A stretch of 64,000 nucleotides of DNA from an uncultured Actinomycetota bacterium (GTDB lineage: Bacteria; Actinomycetota; Actinomycetes; Streptosporangiales; Streptosporangiaceae), in the NCBI GenBank assembly GCA_963840095.1, contig CAWIXN010000005.1, forward strand, positions 819,042 through 883,041, in the 5' to 3' direction. This document shows positions 48,222 through 58,062 of this stretch, in pieces (the first letter of the stretch is position 1; every line of letters begins with the position of its first letter). The notes under the pieces were generated by a model. That model ran no database searches. It had not been told where the DNA came from and worked only from the letters and a program-made list of their open reading frames with translations. Made by a program: the position numbers and the translations under genes.

Positions 48222-48785
48222 ATGGCCACGCGTCCTATGCACGTGACCGAAACCCTAGTGGCGGATACGGCACTGGGCTCGGTCCCGGCCGACTGGGATG
48301 CCGACCGGGCAGTGACCGCGCTTTACAGCACCCATTACCGATCCCTGGTGCGCCTCGCGGCACTGTTGGTGCGCGATGTCGCAACAGCGGAGGAAGTAGT
48401 GCAGGATTCGTTCGTCGCCATGCATGGTGGCTGGCGTCGGCTTAGGGACAGCGAGAAGGCGCTGTCCTACCTGCGCCAGTCGGTGGTGAACAGGTCACGT
48501 TCCGTGCTCAGACACCGTGTCGTCGTTGACCGAAATGCCCCCAAACCACCCCCCGATATGCCAAGTGCCGAGCATGGGGCAATTGTCCAGCTGGAGCGCT
48601 CAGCGGTGGTCGCCGCGCTGCGCACGCTGCCGCTGCGACAGCGTGAGGCGCTCGTGTTGCGCTATTACGGCGACCTGTCGGAGGCGCAGATCGCCGCCGC
48701 GATGGGCATCAGCAAGGGGGCGGTCAAGAGTCATACCGCCAGGGCCATGTCAGCGCTGCGCAGCGTGCTGGAACGTGAGGCATGA
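48222..48785 (+). CDS. ECF-type sigma-70 factor (SigE family)
   Basis: Region 2 reads LYSTHYRSLVRLAALLVRDVATAEEVVQDSFVAM. Region 4 reads LPLRQREALVLRYYGDLSEAQIAAAMGISKGAVKSHTARA. The start is ambiguous (ATG 48222, ATG 48237 or GTG 48243). Confidence 0.8.
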   Translation: MATRPMHVTETLVADTALGSVPADWDADRAVTALYSTHYRSLVRLAALLVRDVATAEEVVQDSFVAMHGGWRRLRDSEKALSYLRQSVVNRSRSVLRHRVVVDRNAPKPPPDMPSAEHGAIVQLERSAVVAALRTLPLRQREALVLRYYGDLSEAQIAAAMGISKGAVKSHTARAMSALRSVLEREA

Positions 48786-49705
48786 TGCACCGCGAGCGTG
48801 ACTACGACGACGTCCTGCGGCGCGCTCTGCTCGCGGCGGCGGACTCCATCGAGCCCTCCAGCGATGGCCTGGAGCGCATTCGCGCGCGGCTGACCCCGCC
48901 CATGCCGCTGGCGGCCGCCTGGCTGATGGCCGGGTATAGCGACGTGGCGGTCCCGGCCATGGAGCGGCTGTGGTTCGCGCTGACCGGCCTGCGGGTCTGG
49001 CAGCGCCTGGATGCGGCCGGCCGGTCCGCCCGGGGCAGCCTCATGCGGCACTCCGGACCTCCGGGCGAGGTCCTCGGCCGCATCGTACGGGCCAGCCGCT
49101 CGCGTCGGTACGCGTGGCTGCGCCCGGTCGCGGTGGCCACCGCCGTCGTGGTCGCTGTCGCAGGCGGTTTCGCCCTCAGCCAGCTGCAGCGGACGTTCGA
49201 CCCCACCGGAGCGGAAGCCCAGTATCGGATTAGCCCGAGCAGCACGCACTCGCGAGGCGGCTCAACGGACGGCCGCGCGGTCGCGGTGCCCGGCCGCCAG
49301 TCCAGCAGCTCGCCCGGCAGTCCAGCGCCAGCCGCGGCGTCCCCGTCGCCGTCAGCCAGCTGTTCGGCTGGAGCGCAGCACACCAGCTCCCACTCGACGC
49401 CTGCGCCGAAGCCCTCGCCCAGCTCGTCGCCGTCGCCATCGCCGTCCTCCAGCCCATCGGCTTCGCCGACCCCGAGCCAGACCACCCCTTCGAGCACTCC
49501 GACGTCGACACCCAGCTCGACGACGAGCGGGTCGACCGAAGGCCCGGCCACATTGCTCGCCGTGATCTCCACCAAGCCGACCAGCACCCCGCTCCGGCCC
49601 CCGTGCGGACATCCGGCGCAGAGCCCGGGCCAGCAGATGAGCCCGGGCCAGCAGGTGAGCTCGGCCCGCACGGCCGCCCAGCGGGCCGCGAAACACCGCA
49701 GCTGA
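48782..49705 (+). CDS. Membrane protein with a Ser/Pro/Thr-rich extracytoplasmic tail (candidate anti-sigma partner)
   Basis: ATGA overlap with the sigma gene. One TM helix (VAVATAVVVAVAGGFAL). The low-complexity SP-rich C-terminus prevents any family assignment. Confidence 0.45.
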   Translation: MMHRERDYDDVLRRALLAAADSIEPSSDGLERIRARLTPPMPLAAAWLMAGYSDVAVPAMERLWFALTGLRVWQRLDAAGRSARGSLMRHSGPPGEVLGRIVRASRSRRYAWLRPVAVATAVVVAVAGGFALSQLQRTFDPTGAEAQYRISPSSTHSRGGSTDGRAVAVPGRQSSSSPGSPAPAAASPSPSASCSAGAQHTSSHSTPAPKPSPSSSPSPSPSSSPSASPTPSQTTPSSTPTSTPSSTTSGSTEGPATLLAVISTKPTSTPLRPPCGHPAQSPGQQMSPGQQVSSARTAAQRAAKHRS

Positions 49706-49753
49706 CCGCCACGGCCAGGCACGGCGGCCGACCGCCACCGGCAAGCCAGCGGC

Positions 49754-50509
49754 TCAGTCCCAGCGACCGGAGCCGGCGAGCAGGATAGCGGCGGCGACTG
49801 AGCCCGCCGTTGACGTCCGCAGGATCGTCGGACCGAGCCGGGCGGCAACCGCGCCCGCATCGGCCAGTCCGGCGGTTTCAGCCGGGCTCAGCCCGCCCTC
49901 TGGTCCGACCATCACGACTATCTCCCCCCGGGCAGGCAGCGGCAGCCGCTGCAGCGCCGTCGGGGCGTCCGGGTCCAGGATGATAGCCAGGCTAGCGGCG
50001 CGGACCCGGGCCGCGACCTCGGGCAGCCCGGCTGGTTCGGTCACCTCGGGGAACCGCCGGCGGCGGGACTGCTTGGCCGCCTCCTGCGCGGCGCGCCGCC
50101 ACCGCTGCAGGGCCCGCACCGCCCGGTCCGCCCGCCACTGGGCCACGCAGCGGTCGGCCTGCCAGGGCACGACTACATCCGCCCCGACCTCGGTCATGAG
50201 CTCGACCGACAGCTCGGCGCGGTCGCCTTTGGGTATCGCCTGCACGATCACGATCCTCGGCTCTGGCGCAGGATCGTCATGCCTGGCTTGCACCCTGAGC
50301 TCCACAACGCCGGTCGCCACGGCGGTGACCACGCATTCGGCGATGGTTCCCGCGCCGTCGGACACGTCCGCCCGCTCGCCAGGCGACAGCCGCCGCACGG
50401 TAGCGGCGTGCCTGCCCTCCGGGCCCGCGAGCACAATCAAGTCATGGTGCAGCTGCGCGCTGTCGGCGACGAAAACCGGCGGTCTCAGGGCTGGCCCTCC
50501 CAGTGGCAT
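49754..50509 (-). CDS. rsmE: 16S rRNA (uracil1498-N3)-methyltransferase RsmE
   Basis: PVFVADS...HHDLIVLAGPEGRHAATVRRLSPGE is the N-terminal PUA-like part. VMVGPEGGLSPAE is the SPOUT motif. Start set at ATG 50509, downstream of the palindromic element. Confidence 0.88.
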   Translation of the reverse strand: MPLGGPALRPPVFVADSAQLHHDLIVLAGPEGRHAATVRRLSPGERADVSDGAGTIAECVVTAVATGVVELRVQARHDDPAPEPRIVIVQAIPKGDRAELSVELMTEVGADVVVPWQADRCVAQWRADRAVRALQRWRRAAQEAAKQSRRRRFPEVTEPAGLPEVAARVRAASLAIILDPDAPTALQRLPLPARGEIVVMVGPEGGLSPAETAGLADAGAVAARLGPTILRTSTAGSVAAAILLAGSGRWD

Positions 50510-50514
50510 CAGAT

Positions 50515-50561
50515 GATCTTGACGGCTTTTCAGCGGATATCGCGGGAAAGCCGTCAAGATC
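50515..50561 (+). repeat. 47-nt palindromic element, copy C (perfect 16-bp arms TGATCTTGACGGCTTT / AAAGCCGTCAAGATCA)
   Basis: Read directly. It lies in the 89-nt spacer between the dnaJ stop (50599) and the rsmE start (50509). Confidence 0.85.
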
Positions 50562-50598
50562 ACTGGCCATCATTCACTTAACAGGACCGCTGCCGCGG

Positions 50599-51741
50599 TC
50601 AGCGGCCGTTGAACGCGTCGCGCAGCCGGGAGAAGAAGCCCTGCTGGCCCGGGGCGAACTTGCCAGGCGGCGACTCCTCGCCACGAAGCCTGGCCAGGTC
50701 CCGGAGCAGGTTCTCCTGCTCAGGCTCCAGCTTGGTCGGGGTCTCCACAGTCACGTGGATCAGCAGGTCTCCGCGGCCGGCCCCGTTCAGGTGCGCCGAG
50801 CCCTGCCCGTAAAGCGGGATGGCCTGGCCGGACTGGGTTCCTGGCCGCAGATCCACGTCGGCCGGGCCGTCCAGGGTCTGGACCTTCAGCGTCGTCCCGA
50901 GCGCCGCGGCCACCATCGGGATCGTCACCGTGCAGTGCAGGTCATCACCCTGACGCTCAAATATCGGGTGCGGCCGCTGCACGATCTCGAGGAACAGGTC
51001 TCCGGCCGGGCCGCCGCCTGGTCCGGTCTCGCCTTCCCCGGCGAGCTGGATGTGGGTGCCATCCTCGACCCCGGCCGGGATCCGCACCTTGATGGTGCGT
51101 CTGGTCCTGACCCGGCCGTCGGCGTCGCATTCCGGGCATGGGCGACGGATGACGGTGCCGAATCCGCCGCATCCGGGGCACGGCCGGGACGCCATCACCT
51201 GGCCGAGGAACGAGCGGGTCACCTGACTGACCTCGCCGCGCCCGCCGCATATGTCACAGGTCTCCGGATGGGTGCCAGGCGCGGTGCCCTCGCCCGAGCA
51301 GGTCGGGCAGACCACCGCGGTGTCGACCGCTAGCTCCCTGGTCGTGCCGAACGCGCACTCCGCCAGGTCAAGCTCGACCCGGATGGTCGCGTTGCGGCCC
51401 CGCCGGGCCCTGCTGCGCGGGCCCCGAGTGCCCGCCCCGGCCCCGAAAAACGCGTCCATGATGTCGCTGAACGGGAACCCCGCCGCGAATCCGCCCGGAC
51501 CCGCTCCGCCGCCGGCCGGGGCGAATGGATCAGATCCCAGGTCATACATCTGCCGCTTGCCCGGGTCGGAGAGCACCTCGTAAGCCTGGGTGATCTCCTT
51601 GAACCGCTCCTGAGTCTGCGGATCAGGGTTAACGTCCGGATGCAGCTCGCGCGCGAGCCGCCGGTACGCCTTCTTGATCTCGTCCGCGTCGGCGTCATGC
51701 CGCACGCCGAGTACGGCATAGTAGTCGTTCGCCACGCGCAC
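50599..51741 (-). CDS. dnaJ: Molecular chaperone DnaJ
   Basis: J-domain DYYAVLGV...YRRLARELHPDVNP, a G/F region and four CxxCxGxG zinc-finger repeats. Confidence 0.95.
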   Translation of the reverse strand: MRVANDYYAVLGVRHDADADEIKKAYRRLARELHPDVNPDPQTQERFKEITQAYEVLSDPGKRQMYDLGSDPFAPAGGGAGPGGFAAGFPFSDIMDAFFGAGAGTRGPRSRARRGRNATIRVELDLAECAFGTTRELAVDTAVVCPTCSGEGTAPGTHPETCDICGGRGEVSQVTRSFLGQVMASRPCPGCGGFGTVIRRPCPECDADGRVRTRRTIKVRIPAGVEDGTHIQLAGEGETGPGGGPAGDLFLEIVQRPHPIFERQGDDLHCTVTIPMVAAALGTTLKVQTLDGPADVDLRPGTQSGQAIPLYGQGSAHLNGAGRGDLLIHVTVETPTKLEPEQENLLRDLARLRGEESPPGKFAPGQQGFFSRLRDAFNGR

Positions 51742-51743
51742 CC

Positions 51744-52757
51744 CTACGACTCCGCCAGGATCTGGCCAACGTACCGTGCCACCGCGCGCACCGCTCCCAT
51801 CGCCGTCGGATAGTCCATTCGTGTCGGTCCCAGCACTCCGAGCTTGGCCAGGGCCTGGTCTCCGGCGCCGTACCCGGCTGCCACCAAGGAGGTGGTCTGC
51901 AAGCCTTGCACGTCGTTCTCCGCGCCGATCCGGATAGTCAGCGAAGCCTGATCGCCGGACTCGCCCAGCAGGCGCATCAGCACTACCTGTTCTTCGAGCG
52001 CCTCAAGGACATCGTGCAGCCCCTGGGCGAAGTCGGCCTGGGTAAGATTTGCAGCGCCGCCCACCACGACTCGTTCCTCATGCCGCTCGGCCATGCTCTC
52101 CAGGATCACCGAGAACACCGCAGCCGCGTTAGCCCGCTCACTGGGGGCAATCCGCTCGGGCAAGTCCGCGACGACCGACGCCATCTCGGTCAGCTTCCTG
52201 CCGTCGAGGCACGCGTTGAGCACCGCCCGCAGCTGCAGGATCGATTCCTCGTCAATCTGCCCTGGAAGCTCCACCATGCGCTGGTGCACCCGGCCGGTGT
52301 CAGTGATCAGGACGAGCAGCAGCCGCCGGTCCGCGGCCGGCACGAGCTCGATATGACGTACTGCCGACCGGGTCAGCGATGGGTACTGGACCACCGCCAC
52401 CTGACGGGTGAGCTGAGCGAGCAGCCGGACGGTCCGCATCACCACATCGTCCAGATCGTAGGCGCGGGCCAGGAAGGTCTCGATCGCCCGGCGCTCAGCC
52501 GCCGAGAACGGCTTCACCTCTGACAGCCGGTCCACGAAAAGCCGGTAGCCCTTGTCGGTGGGCACCCGGCCCGCGCTGGTGTGCGGCTGGACAATAAAGC
52601 CCTGCTCCTCGAGCACAGCCATGTCATTGCGGATTGTTGCCGGGGAAACGTCCAGGTTGTGCCGGTCCACCAGCGATTTCGAGCCAACCGGCTCATTCGT
52701 GGACACGTAGTCTTCGACGATGGCACGGAGCACCGCGAGCTTCCTGTCGTCCAGCAC
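51744..52757 (-). CDS. hrcA: Heat-inducible transcription repressor HrcA
   Basis: [29 protein letters not shown]...[38 protein letters not shown] start at 52757 with GGAGG 8 nt upstream. Confidence 0.93.
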   Translation of the reverse strand: MLDDRKLAVLRAIVEDYVSTNEPVGSKSLVDRHNLDVSPATIRNDMAVLEEQGFIVQPHTSAGRVPTDKGYRLFVDRLSEVKPFSAAERRAIETFLARAYDLDDVVMRTVRLLAQLTRQVAVVQYPSLTRSAVRHIELVPAADRRLLLVLITDTGRVHQRMVELPGQIDEESILQLRAVLNACLDGRKLTEMASVVADLPERIAPSERANAAAVFSVILESMAERHEERVVVGGAANLTQADFAQGLHDVLEALEEQVVLMRLLGESGDQASLTIRIGAENDVQGLQTTSLVAAGYGAGDQALAKLGVLGPTRMDYPTAMGAVRAVARYVGQILAES

Positions 52758-52769
52758 CCGGCCACCTCC

Positions 52770-52796
52770 CTGGCACTCTTGTGTCCCGAGTGCCAA
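52770..52796. promoter_or_regulatory. CIRCE operator (HrcA binding site)
   Basis: The minus strand reads TTGGCACTC-N9-GAGTGCCAG against the consensus TTAGCACTC-N9-GAGTGCTAA. It lies immediately upstream of the hrcA ribosome-binding site. Confidence 0.85.
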
Positions 52797-52903
52797 GTCT
52801 ATGGCCGGAAGGATAGTGGACCCGCCGGGGCGTGCCGAAGAGTATCGTCTCGCTGGCTGCACCGGCTAGCGTTGGTCGAGATGGGAACGATAGACGAGTG
52901 CCG

Positions 52904-53521
52904 ATGACGAGCCAATCCCCGCAGCCGACACCGGACCGGCCCGCATCAGGGCAAACCTCCGCGCCGCCCCGTGACGGGCACTCCTTTGACGCCCAGCGGG
53001 CTGATGCGCCGCAGGCCAATCGGGCGGACGCGCCGCAAGTTAATGGAACTGACGCACAGCAGGTTAATAGGGTACCGGCCAATGGGGGAAGCCGGCTGGG
53101 CAAAGCCGCGACCAGCCGACCCGGTGGCGGCGCCACCAGCTGGCCAGACGACGGCGCGACCAGCCAGCCGGGCGAGAGCCAGCCGGGCGAGAGCCAGCCG
53201 GGCGAGAGCCAGCCGGGCGAGAGCCAGCCAGGCTGGCCGGACGAAGGCCAGCCGCACTGGCAGGCCGAAGGCCGAGGCTGGCCGGGCGAAGGTCAGTCCC
53301 GCGGCCAGGGCGAGCCTGAACCCGGCTGGCACGGCGAACAGGGCTGGTACGGCGAGGACCAGTCCGACGGCCGGATGCTCCAGGCTGACGCGGGGCCGGC
53401 CACCAGCCAGCCGACAGCGAGCCAGCCGACAGCGAGCCAGCCGACAGCGAGCCAGCCGACAGCGAGCCAGCCGACAGCGAGCCAGCCGACAGCGAGTCAG
53501 CCGAGCGCCTGGCGATGCTGA
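52904..53521 (+). CDS. Low-complexity repeat protein (GESQP x4, TASQP x6), possibly the displaced N-terminal part of the following DUF4870 gene
   Basis: Open frame of ORF 52832..53521. Start moved to ATG 52904 to clear the hrcA promoter/CIRCE. W/G/Q/P-rich like the N-termini of actinobacterial DUF4870 proteins. Its stop overlaps the next ATG (ATGCTGA). Confidence 0.35.
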   Translation: MTSQSPQPTPDRPASGQTSAPPRDGHSFDAQRADAPQANRADAPQVNGTDAQQVNRVPANGGSRLGKAATSRPGGGATSWPDDGATSQPGESQPGESQPGESQPGESQPGWPDEGQPHWQAEGRGWPGEGQSRGQGEPEPGWHGEQGWYGEDQSDGRMLQADAGPATSQPTASQPTASQPTASQPTASQPTASQPTASQPSAWRC

Positions 53522-53844
53522 GCTACCTGGGCGTGCCCTTCTTAAGTTTCCTGATCCCGCTCGCTATCCGCCTGGCCAAAGGGCGGCACTCGGGTTTCGT
53601 CCGGGAACAGGCCACACAGGCGCTTAACCTCTCGGTGACCGGACTCCTTTACACCTTCTGTGCCCTGCTCCTGGGCGGGATCCTGGCGCTCGACAGCATC
53701 ACCGTGGCATTGGCGATCGCGGTGCCGGTCGCCGTGGCGCTGTGGATAGTCACGCTCGTCTACGTGGTGCGTGCCGCGGCCGCGGCTAGCCGCGGCAGGT
53801 ACTTCCAGATCCCGGCGTGGATCTGCGCAACTATGTGGCGATAG
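53515..53844 (+). CDS. DUF4870-family membrane protein
   Basis: MLSYLGVPFLSFLIPLAIRLAKGRHSGFVREQATQALNLSVTG... matches the DUF4870 pattern (..AMLAHL...PL.....K....FVR.HA.EALNF). Confidence 0.65.
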   Translation: MLSYLGVPFLSFLIPLAIRLAKGRHSGFVREQATQALNLSVTGLLYTFCALLLGGILALDSITVALAIAVPVAVALWIVTLVYVVRAAAAASRGRYFQIPAWICATMWR

Positions 53845-53919
53845 CTCGGGGCGAACCCGTCCGGTCCAGCCCAGGTCCTCGGTCGAGCGCGTGTTACCGG
53901 CCCGGGTCCTGGTACCGGC

Positions 53920-55140
53920 CTAGTCCGTGATGTCACGGATCAGCGCGTCGGCGAGCAGCCTGCCCCTCGGGGTCAGCACCAGGCGCCCCGCGGCGAATGC
54001 GGCTCGCTCGGCGAGGCCGTCTGGCACTGCGGCCGCCGCGGCCGCCCGCCCGGCCGGGCTCAGCTCGTCCAGCGGGCAGCCGGACGCGAGCCTGACCAGC
54101 AGCATGATCCGCTCGGTTCGCCGCTCACCGGCCGTGAGGACCTCGCGGGCCTGGCCGGGGCTGGAGCCGACGGCGAGCCGCCCGGCGTAGGCCGCTGGAT
54201 GCCTGACGTTCCACCAGCGAACCCCGTCCACGTGGCTGTGCGCGCCCGGGCCGACCCCCCACCAGTCGCCACCGGTCCAGTAGAGCAGATTGTGCCGACA
54301 TCTCGCGCTGCGCCCGGCTGCCCAGTTGGAGATCTCATACCAGCTCAGGCCCGCCGCTGCCAGCAGCTCGTCGGCGGCCAGGTACCGGTCGGCCGCCGCG
54401 TCGTCATCCGGAGCAGCCAGCTCGCCCCGGGCGATCCGCCTGGCCATCCTGGTGCCTTCCTCGACGATCAGCGCGTAAGCGGAGATGTGATCGGGCCCGG
54501 CCGCAACCGCGCTCTCCAGCGAGGCGTACCAGTCCTTGTCGCTTTCGCCCGGAGTGCCGTAGATCAGGTCCAGGCTGACCTGGTCGAAGCCGGCCGCCCG
54601 CGCCCACCCGACGCATTTTTCCGGGCGCCCCGGCCGGTGAGCCCGGTCCAGGGTGGCCAGCACTTGCGGGACGGCGCTCTGCATGCCCAGCGAAAGCCGG
54701 GTGAAGCCGCTGGCCCGCAGCCGCGCCAGGGAGGCCTCGTCGACCGTTTCCGGGTTGGCCTCAGCGGTCACCTCCGCGTCCGGGGCCAGGCCGAACTCTC
54801 CGTCGACCGCACTCAGGATCGCGCCGAGCTGCGCGGGGGGCAGCAGAGTCGGCGTGCCGCCGCCGAAGAAGACGGTGCTGGCCGGCGGGGCGGCCGGCCC
54901 GAGGACGCGGCGAGCCAGCCTGATCTCCGCGCTGGCCATCCCCGCGTAGCTGTCCCTGCTGACGCCCGGGCCGAGCTCGGTGGCCGTATAGGTGTTGAAA
55001 TCGCAGTAACCGCACCTGGTCAGGCAGAACGGCACGTGCACGTAGATGCCGAAGGGACGCGAACCGAGCCCGCTGGTGGCCCCGGCAGGCAGCGCACCGT
55101 CGGCGGGGACGGGCTCACCGTCCGGAGGCAGCCCAGCCAC
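53920..55140 (-). CDS. hemW: Radical SAM heme chaperone HemW (HemN-like, oxygen-independent coproporphyrinogen oxidase family)
   Basis: YVHVPFCLTRCGYCDFNTY is the CxxxCxxC radical SAM cluster. A GGGTPT motif and a HemN C-terminal domain are present. Confidence 0.9.
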   Translation of the reverse strand: MAGLPPDGEPVPADGALPAGATSGLGSRPFGIYVHVPFCLTRCGYCDFNTYTATELGPGVSRDSYAGMASAEIRLARRVLGPAAPPASTVFFGGGTPTLLPPAQLGAILSAVDGEFGLAPDAEVTAEANPETVDEASLARLRASGFTRLSLGMQSAVPQVLATLDRAHRPGRPEKCVGWARAAGFDQVSLDLIYGTPGESDKDWYASLESAVAAGPDHISAYALIVEEGTRMARRIARGELAAPDDDAAADRYLAADELLAAAGLSWYEISNWAAGRSARCRHNLLYWTGGDWWGVGPGAHSHVDGVRWWNVRHPAAYAGRLAVGSSPGQAREVLTAGERRTERIMLLVRLASGCPLDELSPAGRAAAAAAVPDGLAERAAFAAGRLVLTPRGRLLADALIRDITD

Positions 55141-55164
55141 GATCAGCCCGTCCAGGCCGACTCG

Positions 55165-55812
55165 TCAGACCGCGGCCCGGTCAAGGACCCGCGCACCGAT
55201 CTCGTCCCAGTCGGCGCCTCGTCCTTCGACCTCAAGGAGCTTCCGCATGAGATCAGCGTCGCCGTAGTAGGCCCGCATTGACTCGCTGACCGTGACCCGC
55301 ACCGCCGGACGGTCCAGGACCTCGATCTGGTCGCCTCGCCCGACCTCGCCTTCGCTGAGCACCCGCAGATAGGCGCCCGGACGGCCGGCCCGGGCGAACC
55401 GCTTGACCCAGTGCTCCTCACCCAGCCAGCTCGCGAACGTGACGCAGGGAATCCGCGGCCCGGTGACCTGCACGACCGCGCTGCCAAGCCGCCAGGTCTC
55501 GCCGATGGCCGCCCCCGAGATGTCGAGCCCGGCCGTGGTGATGTTCTCGCCGAACAGCCCGTCGCGCAGCTCACGCCTGAGCTGCTCCACCCACCAGTCC
55601 AGATCCTCGCGGGCGTAGGCGTACACCGCCTGCTCGTACCCGCCATGATTCTCCTGGTCGGCCTGCTCGTCCCCGTCCAGGCCGAGCCGACCGACCCTGA
55701 CGCTGGCCCCGGCCGGGCGCTTATCGATGGCCGTTCGGCCCAGCTCGGCGCGTACCTGAGGATCGGCCTTCACCCGTCCGGTGCTGACCGCGATCACCTG
55801 CGCGCTCCCCAT
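55165..55812 (-). CDS. MOSC domain-containing protein
   Basis: GLDGDEQADQENHGGYEQAVYAY, GENITTAGLD and VQVTGPRIPC (conserved Cys) are present. Confidence 0.85.
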   Translation of the reverse strand: MGSAQVIAVSTGRVKADPQVRAELGRTAIDKRPAGASVRVGRLGLDGDEQADQENHGGYEQAVYAYAREDLDWWVEQLRRELRDGLFGENITTAGLDISGAAIGETWRLGSAVVQVTGPRIPCVTFASWLGEEHWVKRFARAGRPGAYLRVLSEGEVGRGDQIEVLDRPAVRVTVSESMRAYYGDADLMRKLLEVEGRGADWDEIGARVLDRAAV

Positions 55813-55956
55813 AGCCGCACGGTATCCGACCCCTGCGGCCAGGTCGAACGGCTTTTCGCGCCGCGCGCCGGCGCCAGGCCGACCAGCCAGCGAGAGGCCG
55901 GCCAGCCCGGGTTCCCGTTACCTGCCCTTTCCCTGTCCCGCGGCCGGTGGCGGCCG

Positions 55957-57804
55957 CTACCGCCTGCGATCAGGTGCCTGCTCGGTGGACAGGGCCGCGA
56001 CAAAAGCCTCCTGGGGCACTTCCACGCGCCCGATGGTTTTCATCCGGCGCTTGCCCTCCTTCTGCTTCTCCAGCAGCTTCCGCTTGCGGGTGATGTCGCC
56101 GCCGTAGCACTTCGCGAGCACGTCCTTGCGCATCGCCCTGATGTTCTCGCGGGCGATGACGCGCGAGCCGATCGCCGCCTGGATAGGCACCTCGAACTGC
56201 TGGCGCGGGATCAGTTCCTTCAGCTTCGCGGTCATGCTCACGCCGTAATCACGGGATTTATCCGCATGCACGATATGGCTGAACGCGTCGACCGGCTGGC
56301 CTTGCAGCAGGATGTCGACCTTGACCAGGTCGGCTTCCTGCTCGCCGGCCGGCTCGTAGTCCAGTGACGCGTAGCCACGGGTGCGGGACTTGAGCTGGTC
56401 AAAGAAGTCGAAGATGATCTCCGCGAGCGGCATCGTGTAGCGGATCTCGACCCGGTCGGTGGACAGGTATTCCATGCCGAGCAAAACGCCGCGCCTGCTC
56501 TGGCACAGCTCCATGATCGTGCCGATATAGTCACTGGGGGCCAGAACCGTGGCCCGGACCACCGGCTCGAAGATGCGGGCCACCTTGCCGTCGGGGAATT
56601 CACTGGGATTCGTAACGATAAGCTCGGCGCCGGTCTCCAGCACCACGCGGTAGACGACGTTGGGCGCGGTGGATATCAGCTGCAGCCCGAACTCCCGCTC
56701 CAGGCGCTCGCGCACGATCTCCATGTGCAGCAGCCCGAGGAACCCGCACCGGAAGCCGAAGCCGAGCGCGGCCGAGGTCTCCGGCTCGTAGACCAGGGCG
56801 GCGTCGTTCAGCCGCAGCTTGTCCAGCGCGTCGCGAAGCTCCGGGTAGTCGTCTCCGTCCATCGGGTACAGGCCGGAGAAGACCATCGGGCGCGGATGCG
56901 CGTACCCGGCCAGCGCCTCAGCAGCCGGCCGGGCGGCGCTGGTCACGGTGTCGCCGACCCGGGCCTGCCGGACGTCCTTGACCCCCGTGATCAGGTACCC
57001 GACCTCGCCCGCCGCCAGGCCCTCGGTCGGGACCGGCTCGGGCGAGATCACCCCGACCTCGAGCGTGTCGTGCGCGGTCTTGGTGGACATCATCAGGCTC
57101 TTCTCGCGCCGGGTGAGCAGCCCGTCCACAACCCGGACATAGGTGACCACGCCACGGTAGGTGTCGTAGACGGAGTCGAAGATCAGCGCCCGGGGCGGCG
57201 CGTCGCGATCACCGTGCGGGGCCGGGACCTGCACGACGATCGCGTTCAGCAGGTCGGCGACTCCCTCGCCGGTCTTGGCGGAGACCTGGAGCACGTCCGA
57301 GGGCGGGCAGCCGATGATATTGGCGATCTCGGCCGCGTACTTCTCCGGCTGCGCGGCCGGCAGGTCAATCTTGTTGAGGACCGGGATCAGGTGCAGGTCG
57401 GCGTCGATCGCGAGGTACAGGTTGGCCAGGGTCTGCGCCTCGATCCCCTGCGCGGCGTCGACCAGCAGGACGGCGCCCTCGCAGGCCGCCAGTGACCTGG
57501 AGACCTCGTAGGAGAAGTCGACGTGGCCAGGCGTGTCGATCAGGTTCAGCACATACTGGTTGCCGTCTGCCGCCGTCCAGGGCAGCCGGACGGCCTGGCT
57601 CTTGATCGTGATGCCGCGCTCGCGCTCGATATCCATCCGGTCCAGGTACTGCGCGCGCATCTGGCGGTCGGTCACCACGCCGGTGAACTGAAGCATCCGG
57701 TCCGCGAGCGTGGACTTACCGTGATCGATGTGGGCGATGATGCAGAAGTTTCGGATCACCGCCTGATCGGTCCGGGTTGGCTCGGGCAATGGTGGCACGG
57801 GCAT
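55957..57804 (-). CDS. lepA: Translation elongation factor 4 (LepA)
   Basis: [33 protein letters not shown] and the C-terminal LepA domain ...[28 protein letters not shown] are present. Start set at ATG 57804. Confidence 0.95.
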   Translation of the reverse strand: MPVPPLPEPTRTDQAVIRNFCIIAHIDHGKSTLADRMLQFTGVVTDRQMRAQYLDRMDIERERGITIKSQAVRLPWTAADGNQYVLNLIDTPGHVDFSYEVSRSLAACEGAVLLVDAAQGIEAQTLANLYLAIDADLHLIPVLNKIDLPAAQPEKYAAEIANIIGCPPSDVLQVSAKTGEGVADLLNAIVVQVPAPHGDRDAPPRALIFDSVYDTYRGVVTYVRVVDGLLTRREKSLMMSTKTAHDTLEVGVISPEPVPTEGLAAGEVGYLITGVKDVRQARVGDTVTSAARPAAEALAGYAHPRPMVFSGLYPMDGDDYPELRDALDKLRLNDAALVYEPETSAALGFGFRCGFLGLLHMEIVRERLEREFGLQLISTAPNVVYRVVLETGAELIVTNPSEFPDGKVARIFEPVVRATVLAPSDYIGTIMELCQSRRGVLLGMEYLSTDRVEIRYTMPLAEIIFDFFDQLKSRTRGYASLDYEPAGEQEADLVKVDILLQGQPVDAFSHIVHADKSRDYGVSMTAKLKELIPRQQFEVPIQAAIGSRVIARENIRAMRKDVLAKCYGGDITRKRKLLEKQKEGKRRMKTIGRVEVPQEAFVAALSTEQAPDRRR

Positions 57805-57903
57805 CCGCCAGGTGAGAGTACGTTGTGTGGGCTTGCGATCGCCGTCTATGGTCGCATGCCCGCGCCAATGCCCGGGCCAGCCGGCGGGCGTCCGGCCCTG
57901 CGT

Positions 57904-57933
57904 TTGAGCAGATGCCGCCCACTCGGATAGGCT
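57904..57933 (+). promoter_or_regulatory. Candidate sigma-70 promoter for rpsT (TTGAGC-N18-TAGGCT)
   Basis: Hexamers read at 57904-57909 and 57928-57933. This would give a leader of about 125 nt containing a GC-rich hairpin (GTTCGCGCGCCCG...CGGGCGCGAAC). Confidence 0.35.
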
Positions 57934-58062
57934 GCATGTCCGCACGCCCGATGTTCGCGCGCCCGCTCGCGGGCGCGAACACCGCGCGGCGGGCCCGGCC
58001 TGTGCGGGCATCCCCGTGCGGCATCAAGGTAACCCTGACCAGAACTCTAGCGAGGCTCTCGC

